From assembly GCA_951406725.2 (NCBI GenBank), contig OX597822.1, positions 43,544,001 to 43,668,000 on the forward strand: a stretch of 124,000 bases of DNA. The letters are read 5' to 3'. Under the pieces are notes generated by a model that was given only the letters and a program-made list of their open reading frames with translations, was not told the DNA's origin and made no database searches. Within the stretch, counting starts at the first letter, position 1. Every line of letters starts with the position of its first letter. The translations under genes were made by a program, and so were the position numbers. Of this stretch, positions 45,070-57,234 are shown piece after piece. This stretch comes from Octopus vulgaris. Lineage: Eukaryota.

Positions 45070-45465
45070 TTGTCGGCCTATCTGTCTGTCTTTGTAACAG
45101 TCTGTTTGTCCGTCTATTTGTTTGCCTGTCTTCTATCTAGCTATCTCTCTCTCTATACATATATCTTTGGCTGTGTTTGTGTGTGTGCGTGTGGTGCATA
45201 TCCATTGGAGTAAGTGAAGCAAGAGCAGACACGAAAACGAAAAGTGTCGCTGAAGAGGTCACAGAGGTGTGACGAAAGACTTCCGGACAATGGAAATGAG
45301 TTAAAACAATAAAATAAGAACAGCAATATACGAATGAAAAACAAAAGGGTCATCCCAAAATAGAACAATATCTGTTTTAACACACGTTTTCACATCAGGA
45401 ATCTTGCAACAAAAATTGATAAATGTAAAAATCAATAAACAAATGAAGTCAGTTTATTTATTTAC

Positions 45466-45545
45466 GGGCATATGGCGTAGTGGTTGAGAGCGCGGGCTAC
45501 TAATTCTAAGATTTCGAGTTCGATTCCAGACAGTGAACTGAGTAA
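45466..45545 (+). mobile_element. Short tRNA-derived SINE or tRNA pseudogene followed by (TAA)-rich sequence
   Basis: gggcatatggcgtagtggttgagagcgcgggctactaa...gagttcgattccag; A and B boxes are present but the acceptor stem is not intact. Confidence 0.6.
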
Positions 45546-46124
45546 TAATGATATTATTAATAATAATAATAATAATAATAATTATTATTATTATTAACGT
45601 CATCGTCGTTGTTGTTAATGTTAATATTATTAGTGTTATCACAAGAGTTATTATTATAATCACTCTCATTACGATAGTTATTAGCGCTAATAATAGGACC
45701 ACTGTAACTAGTACTCTCGTAAACAAGATTGCTATGATGATTTCTGTTGCTAGGGTTAATAGTAATATCATAGTTATGATAGTTGTTGTTGTTGTTGTTG
45801 TTATTATCATTATCATCATCATCATATCTATTATTCTCCTTAGTAGTGTTTTGTTGGCGATGGCTATTAAACTTGCGCTTATTAGATGTGGCTATAATGG
45901 ATTCAATGCTCATCGCAGAACAGTAAGATAATTTGAGGATGGAACGATTGAAGAATACTCGTCTGATGGTCTCCTTACTCAATATAATGATCCACAAGCT
46001 TGGCTATGTTAGAAACAGCTGTAAGAGACAGTATATTTATACTTTCTATCTAAATTAAATGTCATTTTCAAGTGATGTACACACATTTTGCTTTTTTATT
46101 CTTGCTTTAATCTATTTATCTATC

Positions 46125-46189
<65 letters not shown>

Positions 46190-46221
46190 ATATATACATA
46201 CATATATACATACATACATAA

Positions 46222-46267
<46 letters not shown>

Positions 46268-46436
46268 CATAAGGGACTAAAGCCATCTGAATATGGCTAG
46301 GGACAGGGCAGGGTGGTGGGGGTGTTACTGTTGCATTTAGCCCCAGGCGAACATCGACGTCACCAGATAGGCCCGACACCGTCACGGTGTCCTTTAACCT
46401 GCAAAGGGAGGTAATTCCCCGATGAAGCGGAAACCA

Positions 46437-46482
46437 CACACGGACCATGGTTTCAAGGTGTATTGCCTATCGTCGGCGTGTG
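46437..46482 (-). ncRNA. Type I HHR, CCGACGA core
   Basis: Minus strand CACACG-CCGACGA-TAGGCAATACACCTT-GAAA-CCATGG-TC-CGTGTG. Confidence 0.65.
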
Positions 46483-46843
46483 GTAGGCTTCCGCTTCCTC
46501 GACGAATTCTCACTCTGCAGGATATTCATATATAGATTTTCAAGCAAAATACATTTGCTGATTTCGAAAATCTGTTCGAAAGCAATAATAATTCTCTAAA
46601 AGAGATATAGACAGTAACTGCTCGATAACATAAGGGACTAAAGCCATCTGAATATGGCTAGGGACAGGGCAGATTCAGATGGCTTTAGTCCCTTATGTTA
46701 TCGAGCAGTTACTGTCTATATCTCTTTTAGAGAATTATTATTGCTTTCGAACAGATTTTCGAAATCAGCAAATGTATTTTGCTTGAAAATCTATATATGA
46801 ATATCCTGCAGAGTGAGAATTCGTCGAGGAAGCGGAAGCCTAC

Positions 46844-46889
46844 CACACGCCGACGATAGGCAATACACCATGAAACCATGGTCCGTGTG
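46844..46889 (+). ncRNA. Type I HHR, CCGACGA core
   Basis: CACACG(46844-49)-CCGACGA(46850-56)-TAGGCAATACACCAT-GAAA(46872-75)-CCATGG-TC(46883)-CGTGTG. Confidence 0.6.
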
Positions 46890-47204
46890 TGGTTTCCGCT
46901 TCATCGGGGAATTACCTCCCTTTGCAGGTTAAAGGACACCGTGACGGTGTCGGGCCTATCTGGTGACGTCGATGTTCGCCTGGGGCTAAATGCAACAGTA
47001 ACACCCCCACCACCCTGCCCTGTCCCTAGCCATATTCAGATGGCTTTAGTCCCTTATGTTATCGAGCAGTTACTGTCTATATCTCTTTTAGAGAATTATT
47101 ATTGCTTTCGAACAGATTTTCGAAATCAGCAAATGTATTTTGCTTGAAAATCTATATATGAATATCCTGCAGAGTGAGAATTCGTCGAGGAAGCAGAAGC
47201 CTAC

Positions 47205-47250
47205 CACACGCCGACGATAGGCAATACACCTTGAAACCATGGTCCGTGTG
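47205..47250 (+). ncRNA. Type I HHR, CCGACGA core
   Basis: Same motif 361 bp downstream; predicted cleavage after 47244. Confidence 0.65.
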
Positions 47251-47465
47251 TGGTTTCCGCTTCATCGGGGAATTACCTCCCTTTGCAGGTTAAAGGACAC
47301 CGTGACGGTGTCGGGCCTATCTGGTGACGTCGATGTTCGCCTGGGGCTAAATGCAACAGTAACACCCCTACCAACCTGCCCTGTCCCTAGCCATATTCAG
47401 ATGGCTTTAGTCCCTTATGTTATCGAGCAGTTACTGTCTATATCTCTTTTAGAGAATTATTATTG

Positions 47466-47503
<38 letters not shown>

Positions 47504-47989
47504 TACTACTTTCAGTCATTAAACGCCAGGCATGCAGGGGCAAAGTGTTAAAGAATTTTAGTCGAATGAAGGGAGAGAGAGAGAAAAAAAAAAGGAAGAG
47601 AAAAGGACGTGATAGAAAGAGAGCGAGAGATAGAAAGGAAAGTGAAATGCAGATAAGCAGATAAACAGACATAGCGAGAGATAAACAGGGAAAGCAAATA
47701 TTAAGAATTTATTTTTGTCTTTCGAGCAAATGGCCTTAAAAATGTAAACGATTGACATTGACAGAAAAGGTTCGAGGAAAGAAAATAAACAGTGGGAAAC
47801 CTGTTAGGTGAAGCAGAAAGCCGAATAATGAAATACACAACACAGACAGACAGACAGACGGACATACACACACAGACAGATTTTATAGTAGGAAAGATGG
47901 CTGCATTTAGTGTATGACCGGAAGTAGCGAGGATCGTCGGTATTTACAGGTTTTGTTATTCTTCCTACTTCCTCTATTCCATGGCTATT

Positions 47990-47992
47990 ATT

Positions 47993-48031
<39 letters not shown>

Positions 48032-48274
48032 AGTAGTAGTAGCAGTAACAGTAGTGGTAGAGGAGGGGTAAGGAGTCGTCTTTTGGTTGATGATGATGAT
48101 GATGACGATGATAATGATGTTTGTGATACTCCTGCTCTATTTCTCTCGTCATCTTTTCTCCATGTATACATGTTTTCATATTTTGTTGTTCGTTTCTTCT
48201 TCTTCTTCTTCTTCTTCTTCTTCTTCTTCTTCTTCTTCTTCTTCTTCTTCTTCTTCTTCTTCTTCTTCTTCTAC

Positions 48275-48318
<44 letters not shown>

Positions 48319-48320
48319 GA
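47990..48320. repeat. Compound trinucleotide microsatellite (TAG)(GAT)(CTT)(TTA)
   Basis: Direct inspection. Confidence 0.9.
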
Positions 48321-48766
48321 GTCGGAGAGCAGTGCATGCCATCAAAGTGACACTGGGGTAATATATACGAAGTTCAGTATACACATCACGACTACCTGTC
48401 TGATAAGGGTACTCTAGGCACATGCATCACAACCATATTTGCGCGATATAGTGATCCCATAGCACATGACCTTGCAGGTGGGGGCCAAGTTAGAATTTTC
48501 TTCTGGCCGAGTAACCCATCCCGCTCCAAAGGTCCCTAAATAAGAGTTGTTTAAGGATGTTGAACGAAACACCCCTGTTTCCAGAGATGAATTATTCAAA
48601 CCCCAAAGAATCCCTCTCAACACTGACAAGCAAATCTGTGGTATTGAGCAGAATATTTGCTGTAGCCCATCTTTTATACCAAGACAAAACAATATACATG
48701 ATAACACTTCCAATCAGTTAAGATCAGAAGCCACTGCCTGGTACTGCACCAGGGCATCTATTATTA

Positions 48767-48806
<40 letters not shown>

Positions 48807-48832
48807 TTTTTTTATTATCATCATCATAATCA

Positions 48833-49030
48833 AGGCGGCGACGGGCAGAATCGTTAACACGCTGGATGAAATACTTAGCAGCCTTTCGCCCGTCTTTACA
48901 TTCTGAGTTTAAATTCTGCCTTTCATCCTTTCGGAGTCGATAAATGAGGTACCAGGGAAACACTAAGGTCGATGTAATCGACTTGCCCCCTCTCACAAAA
49001 TGTTTCGGGCCTTGCGCCTTTAGTAGAAAG
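48833..49030 (+). mobile_element. SINE family C with internal deletions
   Basis: aaggcggcgacgggcagaatcgttaacacg...cctttcatcctttcggagtcgataa. Confidence 0.7.
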
Positions 49031-49041
49031 GATTATTATTA

Positions 49042-49129
<88 letters not shown>

Positions 49130-49524
49130 CATTATTATTATTATCATTATTATTGCCAAAACATCATATTGGAGACAATGTTGGTTTTGATTTTGCCTGG
49201 AATTGAACAAATGTGTCTGTTGATTGCAGAATATAATCCTACTAATCTTCTGATTCTTCTAGATGCATCAACGCACATTACACGCCACTCAGATAGATCT
49301 GGATAATAATGTTTTCAGGGTGTTCAATTAAGCTGTATAAATTTTAGTGTTTGTCTCAAATTATCCTTATAGCTGACCAGAGTTCTCCCTTTGCCACGGA
49401 ATCACTGTACTTGTTGATCATATTAAAGAATTCTCGGAATGCGATCAGTCCATTGCACTGAATACTCAACAGCTTGCTTTCGATATAGGAGATATCACAA
49501 CTTAAAATAAATTTGGGACTATAG

Positions 49525-49671
49525 ATGCAGGAGTGGCTGTGTGGTAAGTAGCATGGTTCTGGCGTCAGTCTTGCGGCGTGGTACCTTGGGCAAGTGTCTT
49601 CTATTATAGCTTCGGGCCGACCAAAGCCCTGTGAGTGGATTTGGTGGTCGGAAATTGAAAGAAGCCCATCG

Positions 49672-49730
<59 letters not shown>

Positions 49731-50245
49731 GTATATATATATGTATATATATATATATGTATGTATATATTTATGTATGTATATATTTATGTATGTATAT
49801 ATAAAGGGAGAATTCACAAAAAAAAAACAAAAGACGAAGAGAGATGGTGTAGACAACAAACAGATGTCTTAGTATAACACTAAGTGAAAAATCATTTAAC
49901 GTTTCGAGCCTACGCTCTTGCACAGAAAGGAACACAGGAAGAAACAAGGAGAGAAAATAAAGAACGTGTAGTGGCTAGCGATCTATCATGCCGAATGCCG
50001 AACAGAAGGGTCACACAGGAGAGCTAGGGAGAAGGGGAGATGTACATGATTGTTTGTCTGTGTTTGTTCCCTAATCATCACTTGACAACCGATGCTGGTG
50101 TGTTTATGCCGTAGTAACTTAGCGGTTCAACGAAAGATACCTGTAGAATAAGCACTAGGTTTACAAAGAATAAGTTCTGGGGTCGATTTATTCGACTAAA
50201 GGCGGTATACCAGCATGGCCACATCAAATGACTGAAACAAATAAT
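49525..50245 (+). mobile_element. SINE family A split by an approximately 250-bp PLE-like insert (49800-50045) in its internal (TA)n
   Basis: Head at 49525-49670 and tail at 50050-50245. The insert carries an HHR-like motif at 49894-49929 (-). Confidence 0.7.
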
Positions 50246-50419
50246 TGGGTAAAACAGAATGTGATATCTTACTTTGCGCAGATATTAAGCAGATAGTGCA
50301 CGTGAAAGTTTTCAAGTTTCCTTACGTTTGTTGATGGGTGTCCATACTTCTGCGACAGAGAAATTGTGCTCAAAATACAAAATTTGTATATGCTTATTAT
50401 AGTTTTCAAACTTACATTG

Positions 50420-50690
50420 TATTCATCTCACAAACGATGGAAACGTTTTTCACAAGCAACTGCAGCTGTAGATATTCTAATATTGATTTCATCATCAAAA
50501 GTACTTTTAAAATCCACTGCAGTTCCAACATATTTAAATGACCTGACCCATTTGAGTGGCTTATTGTCAATCATCACATTTTTATCTTGAGTATCTGTCG
50601 TGTCCGGCTTTGGATCAAACAAAACTTCAGTCTTCTTAATTCTGATAGACAACCCAAATGCACGATCATCTGCTGCAGAAAGCCAGGCAA
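50420..50690 (-). mobile_element. RTE-clade LINE reverse transcriptase fragment
   Basis: SIRIKKTEVLF...FKYVGTAV...DDEINIRISTAAVAC resembles the RTE RT C-terminal motifs KKTEV, FKYLGS and EI..RI..A..AF. Confidence 0.6.
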
Positions 50691-50719
50691 CTGTTTCTTG
50701 AATCCCTTCAAATAATAAT

Positions 50720-50868
50720 TTTTTGCCACAAGGGCAGCTTGGGGGAGGTGGGGATTAGCCGATTACACCGACCCAGTGTTTCACTGGTATTTAATTTATC
50801 GACTCCGAAAGGATGAAAGGCATAGTCGACCTCGGCGGAATTTGAACTCAGAACGTAGCGATAGGCGA

Positions 50869-50870
<2 letters not shown>
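50720..50870 (-). mobile_element. SINE family C, partial
   Basis: Reverse complement of the family C core. Confidence 0.7.
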
Positions 50871-50952
<82 letters not shown>

Positions 50953-50965
50953 TATAATAATAATA

Positions 50966-51029
<64 letters not shown>

Positions 51030-51556
51030 GAATTAAACGCCACTGTCATGGCTGGAATACCTCTCGTCATGGGTTATCTTTAATCGGTTCTTATGCACGG
51101 CAATAACAGAACAATAACAAAATAACTATAAAAGAAACAACACTAATAAAAATGTGATTTGAAAATTTCAAATCAGACAAAACTAAATATAAAACACCAG
51201 AACAAATAACAGAGAAATGTAAGATTTGCGTCCGTTTTATATTGATTTTTTTGGTCTGAGTTTCACGGAAGAACATAAAGTAAATTATAGATTTGTTTGT
51301 CTAATTTAGTAGAATAATTTTACTGTTGTATGACTTCGGTACATTTGATACAATTCGTCTTTAATTTAGTTCTCTCTCTCTCCTCTCCCTCTTTCTTTCT
51401 TCCTTTCACTCTCCACCTCCCTCTCTCTCTCCTTCTGTCTCCCCTACCCCCGCAGACCCAGTGAAGTAAACAAAACTAAGAGTATATATTAAATATTACT
51501 TTGTGGTATTTATTTTAGTTCTAATTTAGAGAGAAGCTTGGAAGTACTAATTAGAA

Positions 51557-51614
<58 letters not shown>

Positions 51615-52241
51615 AATATACATAGATACATACATGTATGTATATGTATATATACACGAGTACGTATATATATATATGTATTATATGTATACATATACAC
51701 AAGTACGTATGAATATATATGTAAATATATATATGCACATATATATACATACGTATACACACACAGACATCTATATATATTTAAATATATGTATGTATAT
51801 GTGTGTGTATGTGTATGCAAACTCTATATGACTGTGATTAAATGGCTATCTTTTAACAACTTATAGTTACCTTTCATTATTTCAACATATGAAAATTAGC
51901 AAACGCGTGTGCCATACGTAATCCCATAGTTATGCTGTTTGTATCAATACGGATGAGTCTGACAATACAGCTGCGAAATAAAAATACGGTGTTGTTCACA
52001 ATGTATAATTTCATGGGTGTGTTCCGTGAAATAAATAGATGCTTTATTGGATGTTTTGTATTTCATGATGACATATATTAACATGACAAAGCAAAGATTT
52101 ATGAAGGATTCTTTCGCGTCTAATGATGTGTCGTTGACTTATAAAGACAATTGCCAACTTTGCAAGAAATATTTTTCGTTATATTCCGGCATCTGATACA
52201 AAATGTCGTGCGGAATGTGGAACGAGGGCCATTTCAACGAT

Positions 52242-52290
<49 letters not shown>

Positions 52291-52309
52291 CAACAATAAC
52301 AGCAAACAA

Positions 52310-52990
52310 GCTGATGTCGTCCAGAAACACACGCATCAATAGTTACGAAGCTCAGGGCTAAAAGCAGAGAGTGAAACTTTCATATTAGCTGCTGAAGACC
52401 AAAGCTTATTAACCCGGGACTACCAAGCCAATGTGATAAAAAATGGAGCTGAACTAAAATGCCGATTCTGTAACGATGAGATTGAAACTATTGACCATCT
52501 CACCTCAGGGTGTAGAGTCTTAGCAACTGTAGAATATAAAGCAAGACATGACAGAGTAGGCCAGTATTTACACTGGATAATATGTCGGCATTATAAAATC
52601 AAAACCGCTCACAAATGGTATAAACACCATCCTGAAGCTGTGGCATAGGGAGAAAATGTGTCGATTTTATGGGCTAATAAACCGGATATTGTTATAAAAG
52701 ATCAGATAAAAAAGGTGTGTTTATTAATTGAGTATTCCTTGCGGTCACAATATAGCGGCGAATGAATTTGCCAAGATCAGTAAATATAAAGACTTGCTAA
52801 TAGAAATTGAAAAAAGTGTGGCATCCCAAGGTGACTACAGTACCAGTGATTGTAGGATCTCCAGGAATGATAAAAAAAAAGGTACTGAAACCTATTTGAA
52901 AATGCTACCAGGTTTACCATCCCAATAGGAAATGCTAAAAATCATGTTACCTGGAACAACTCATGTACTGCGAAGGGTATTATCTCTGTG
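52310..52990 (+). mobile_element. R4/Dong-clade RLE retrotransposon 3' fragment, decayed, between (TAA)n arrays
   Basis: GLKAESETFILAAEDQSL; CRFCNDEIETIDHLTSGC; RHDRVGQYLHW; NKPDIVI; KYKDL. Confidence 0.8.
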
Positions 52991-53144
52991 AAAATAATAT
53001 CCATTCGTGAATTTATATATTTATTAATTTTTTTTTAAATACATATTTTACCTGTGAATATGCGTGTGTTATCTGAGAATGCATACAATGCATACACTCG
53101 GCGAGAAATGGAAGAAAATTTGAAGAAATAATAATAATAAAATG

Positions 53145-53297
<153 letters not shown>

Positions 53298-53436
53298 ACA
53301 ATAAACCGCTCGAATACTCCGGAAGGTGACCGAAAAATAAGAGGTGTTATCTTAGTTCACTAGTGGTGAACAGCTGACACTGTACTACATCTCCAGCATC
53401 AGAAGCTATGCAAAGGCAATAATAATAATAATAATC

Positions 53437-53481
<45 letters not shown>

Positions 53482-53497
53482 TAATAATGATAATGAC

Positions 53498-53565
<68 letters not shown>

Positions 53566-53574
53566 CAACAACAA

Positions 53575-54230
53575 CCACAACACAATATCAACACTTTCTT
53601 ACAAAAAACTACCAGGCTAACGTTCTTCAAATTGGTTCTGACTCTAAAGGCAGACTCTATGATACATTTGACGACGCATTAGATCATATCGTCTAGGGGT
53701 TTCCTTTGATGCTATCACCAAACGAATACAAAAACCGGCACCATAGGGTGGGGCAATATTTACATTGAAAAAAATGTAAACACTACATAATCAGTACTCC
53801 TGCTTACTGGTATGAACATCTCCCTGAGCTTGCCTTTGAAGGTAAAAATGTCACTATCCTCTGAGATTTTCCAGTCAACCAACACCGACAGAACGATTCA
53901 GTCTAATCGACCCGACAAAATTATTAAAGATGGGCAAGAAAATACTTGTGGACTAATAAATAGATGTAAGTGTTCTCACTGATGAAAATATAATTGTAAA
54001 AGAATTTAACAAATTATGTAAATATAAGGACCTGTAAACTTAAATGCAAAAGATGTGATATATTAAAACAAGAACTGTTCCTGTTATTATAGGTACCTTA
54101 TGTATGATAAAAAAGGGAAGTAGAAACATGTAGATAACATCCCAAGCGAGCCATGTCTCAGAGAAATCCACAAGATTTCTGACAAGGACTGCCCACATCC
54201 TTAGAAAAACCTATCCATATAAATTGTGTA
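53575..54230 (+). mobile_element. R4/Dong-clade fragment, decayed
   Basis: TKNYQANVL; ..RVGQYLH; NRPDKII; KYKDL; PVIIGTL; follows (TAA)n. Confidence 0.7.
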
Positions 54231-54860
54231 AGATGGAATATTGCAAAGATAAAGCACTGTACAAGCACTTGAGAGTGAATGAAACTGAAAATAGGTAGAT
54301 AAAGAAAAGAATGCATGGACAATTTTATAGGGATGCTGAACATAAGACAGAAAGAGAAAAAAGATGCATATGGATTATTAAAGTGACTTAAACAGAAAAC
54401 GGAGGCTCTAATTTTTGCTGCCCAAGAGCAAGAATTAAGAACCAATTACATCAAATGCAGAATAGATAACACATCAGGGAGTGATAAATGCAGAATTTGT
54501 GGACAAAATGGTGAAACCATACGGCGTATAACGCATCAATGTACGCCACTAGCCCAGAATGAATATAAGAGACATCATAGCAAAGGTTAGGCAGTTGTGG
54601 TCGCTGAAAAAGGTGGTAATAGTACCTATAACTGTCGGAACCCTGGTAACAGAGAATAAAAATTTTGAAAAGTACATGAAACAAATAGAGGCTGCAATAA
54701 GGGTGGGGCACTTGCAGAAAACAGCAATGCTTGGAACCGCACGAATACTCCGAAGGTGCTAAAAAAATAACGGATGTTACTTCAGTTCACTAGTAGTGAA
54801 CACCTGGCACCGTAGTACATCTGCAGCATTAGAAGCTGTGCAAAGACAACAACAGCAATA
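54230..54860 (+). mobile_element. R4/Dong-clade 3' fragment with 3' tail
   Basis: LKQKTEALIFAAQEQELRTN; CRICGQNGET; VPITVGTLV; LQKTAMLGTARILR. The tail ttcactagtagtgaaca...agaagctgtgcaaag is shared with 53330-53420 and 86945-87185. Confidence 0.75.
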
Positions 54861-54869
54861 ATAATATGA

Positions 54870-55790
54870 TGCACCCAGAAACATTTAAGAATCAAGATGA
54901 AGAAAGAATAATTGGATAATGAAATTCCTCAGGGAAATGGAAGGAAAAAAACAAGATCAACACTTGAGATGGCTAAGAAAAAATTGATCTGAAAAGACGC
55001 ACTGTGGCATTGATATGCAGCGCCCAGGAACAAGCTCTGAGAACTCATTACAACAAGTTCCAAATAGTTAAGAGCAGCGAATCGCCCCTTGTAGGATGTG
55101 TGGCAGGAAAAACGAAATTATCTCACATATTTTGAGTGAATGTAGGAATCCGGCCCAAAAGCAACACGAATGGAGGCACAATAACATGGCTAAGTGGCTA
55201 AGTTCGTCCACTGGAGGCTATTGAAAAGTACGGCCTGAACAGAGCACAGAAATAGTACGAACATGAACCAGAAGGAGTCACCGAGAACAATAAATATAAG
55301 ATAATGTGCGATTTTACAATCCTGTGTGACTCCCTAATTGATGGTCGGAGACTAGATATTGTTGTGGTACATAAAGGAAAAAAGGAAACCAAGATTATAG
55401 ATATTTCAGTACCTGGGAATTCACGCCTCAGTGACAAAGAACTAGAAGAGTACAGACTACTAAAAGACGAAATTGCAAGTATGAGGACTCTAAGAAGAGT
55501 GTCTATCATACCAGTAGAGGCATTCGGAGAATTGACAACCAAGTTCGAGAAATATGTCACAGAAATCAGAACTGGCATGAGAATAGAGCAAACCCTGAAA
55601 ACTACTCTGCTGGGTAAAGCTATTATTTTGAGATTGATACTTGGGTGTTGAATGTCTTCCACGATGATTCACAATCAAGTATCAAAGCATATAATATACG
55701 GAAAGAGACCGTGTGAGACCTCTGAGTGCAGACAGGTGTCCGCTCTCACAGAATCAACCAGAGAAACAGGACCTAGAACTCTGAGAAGTA
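54870..55790 (+). mobile_element. R4/Dong-clade fragment, decayed
   Basis: CRMCGRKNEIISHILSEC; RRLDIVVV; IIDISVPG; KTTLLGKAIILR. Confidence 0.7.
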
Positions 55791-56029
55791 AAACGATGAT
55801 GATGATGATGATGATGATGACGATGATGACGATGATGACGATGATGATGATGATAATAATGATAATGATAATAATAATAATGATAATAATAATAATAACA
55901 ATAATAAAAATAATAATGATGATGATGATAACAATAATAATAACAACAACAACAAAAACAACAACAAAAACAATAATAATATTAATAATGATAATAATAA
56001 TAATAATGATTTCAAATTTTGTCACACGG

Positions 56030-56175
56030 GCAGCAATTTTGAAGGGCGGCATGAGTCGATTAGATCGACCCCAGTAAGCAAATGGCACTTAATTTATCGA
56101 CCTTGAAAAATGGAAGGCAAAGTCAACCTTTACGGAATTTGAACTCAGAACGTAACGGCAGACGAAATGCCTCTA
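56030..56175 (-). mobile_element. SINE family C, partial
   Basis: Reverse complement of the family C core. Confidence 0.7.
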
Positions 56176-56332
56176 AGTGATACATTTGACGACGCATTAG
56201 ATCACATCGTCTAGGGGTTTCCTTTGATGACATAACCAAACGAATACAAAAATCGGCACCAAATCGACTTCATGAGATATTGTCAGTTGGAATAGAGTTC
56301 ATACCGTCACGTGATAATGACCATCCATCCAC

Positions 56333-56397
<65 letters not shown>

Positions 56398-56493
56398 GGT
56401 CTGTCTATATATTCATCCATCCATCAGTTCCACTTCTTTTAAGTACATTTCGTTTTAAAATTAAACAAATACAGATACATTTGTACTCATAGC

Positions 56494-56542
<49 letters not shown>

Positions 56543-56726
56543 ATACATACTCACCCATAAACATACAAATAAAAGTGCATACATTTTCACATGCTAACGA
56601 TTCTGCCAACTCGCAACCACTTAGGCAAATTGCAAGCGCTATTGGGCGGGGCGTATAGGTGGTTAGTAAAAGCTATCGACCCCATCGGTTAGATCACTTG
56701 TGGAATAAACCACTATATTTTGTATG

Positions 56727-56789
<63 letters not shown>

Positions 56790-56791
<2 letters not shown>

Positions 56792-57205
56792 TTGTAAAGT
56801 AACGATTGTTTGCGAACCTGATGTGGCAGCCCTATTTTGGGGCGAATGCTACTGTTGTTTAGTCCCAGGAGACATCGACTCCAGCTGGCTATACGACACA
56901 CTATCTGTGTCTCTATATTTTCGAACAAGAGAGGTATACCCCCCACCCAGCACAAAGCAGTATCGTACGGTTTCAGACGAAAAGTTATTCAGTTCCGACG
57001 AAGAGAACACCCCCTGAAACTGTACGGTCAACAAATATTGCTTTGTTCTGGGATGGGGTGCTAATCTTCCCTTTTAGAAAATATGAGGACATAGACCATG
57101 TGTCGTATAGACAGCTGGAGACGATTTTTCGGTGGGCTAAAGAACAGTAGCAATCGCGCCAATGTAGGACTGCCACATCAGGTTGGCAATAAGGTTTGTA
57201 ACTTA
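56790..57205. mobile_element. Diverged fold-back element (about 165-bp inverted arms) with a CCGA-core HHR-like motif at 56992-57032
   Basis: cctgatgtggcagccct.../...ggactgccacatcagg mirror pair. The motif reads GTT-CCGACGA-AGAGAACACCCCCT-GAAA-CTGTACGG-TC-AAC. Confidence 0.6.
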
Positions 57206-57234
57206 ATATCACTCGTTGAGAGATTTAGGAACAA

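Larger units (their letters stand above)
46264..47467. mobile_element. Candidate non-LTR retrozyme: 361-nt monomer, 1.1 copies (-) head-to-head with 2.2 copies (+), inside (TA)n
   Basis: Exact 361-bp period (aacataaggg at 46266 and 46627; repeated ORF at 46878 and 47239). Inversion junction at 46672/46673. One HHR per monomer. Confidence 0.85.

Noticed and set aside
46425-46455. Second HHR-like string CCGATGA-AGCG-GAAACC on the antisense strand of the 361-nt monomer
   Set aside because: No stem II and no stem I partner; it is the complement of the extended stem I arm.
46878-47664. Repeated 89-141 aa [21 protein letters not shown]... (three copies)
   Set aside because: It recurs only because it lies in the 361-nt monomer, has no recognisable domain and overlaps the ribozyme stem.
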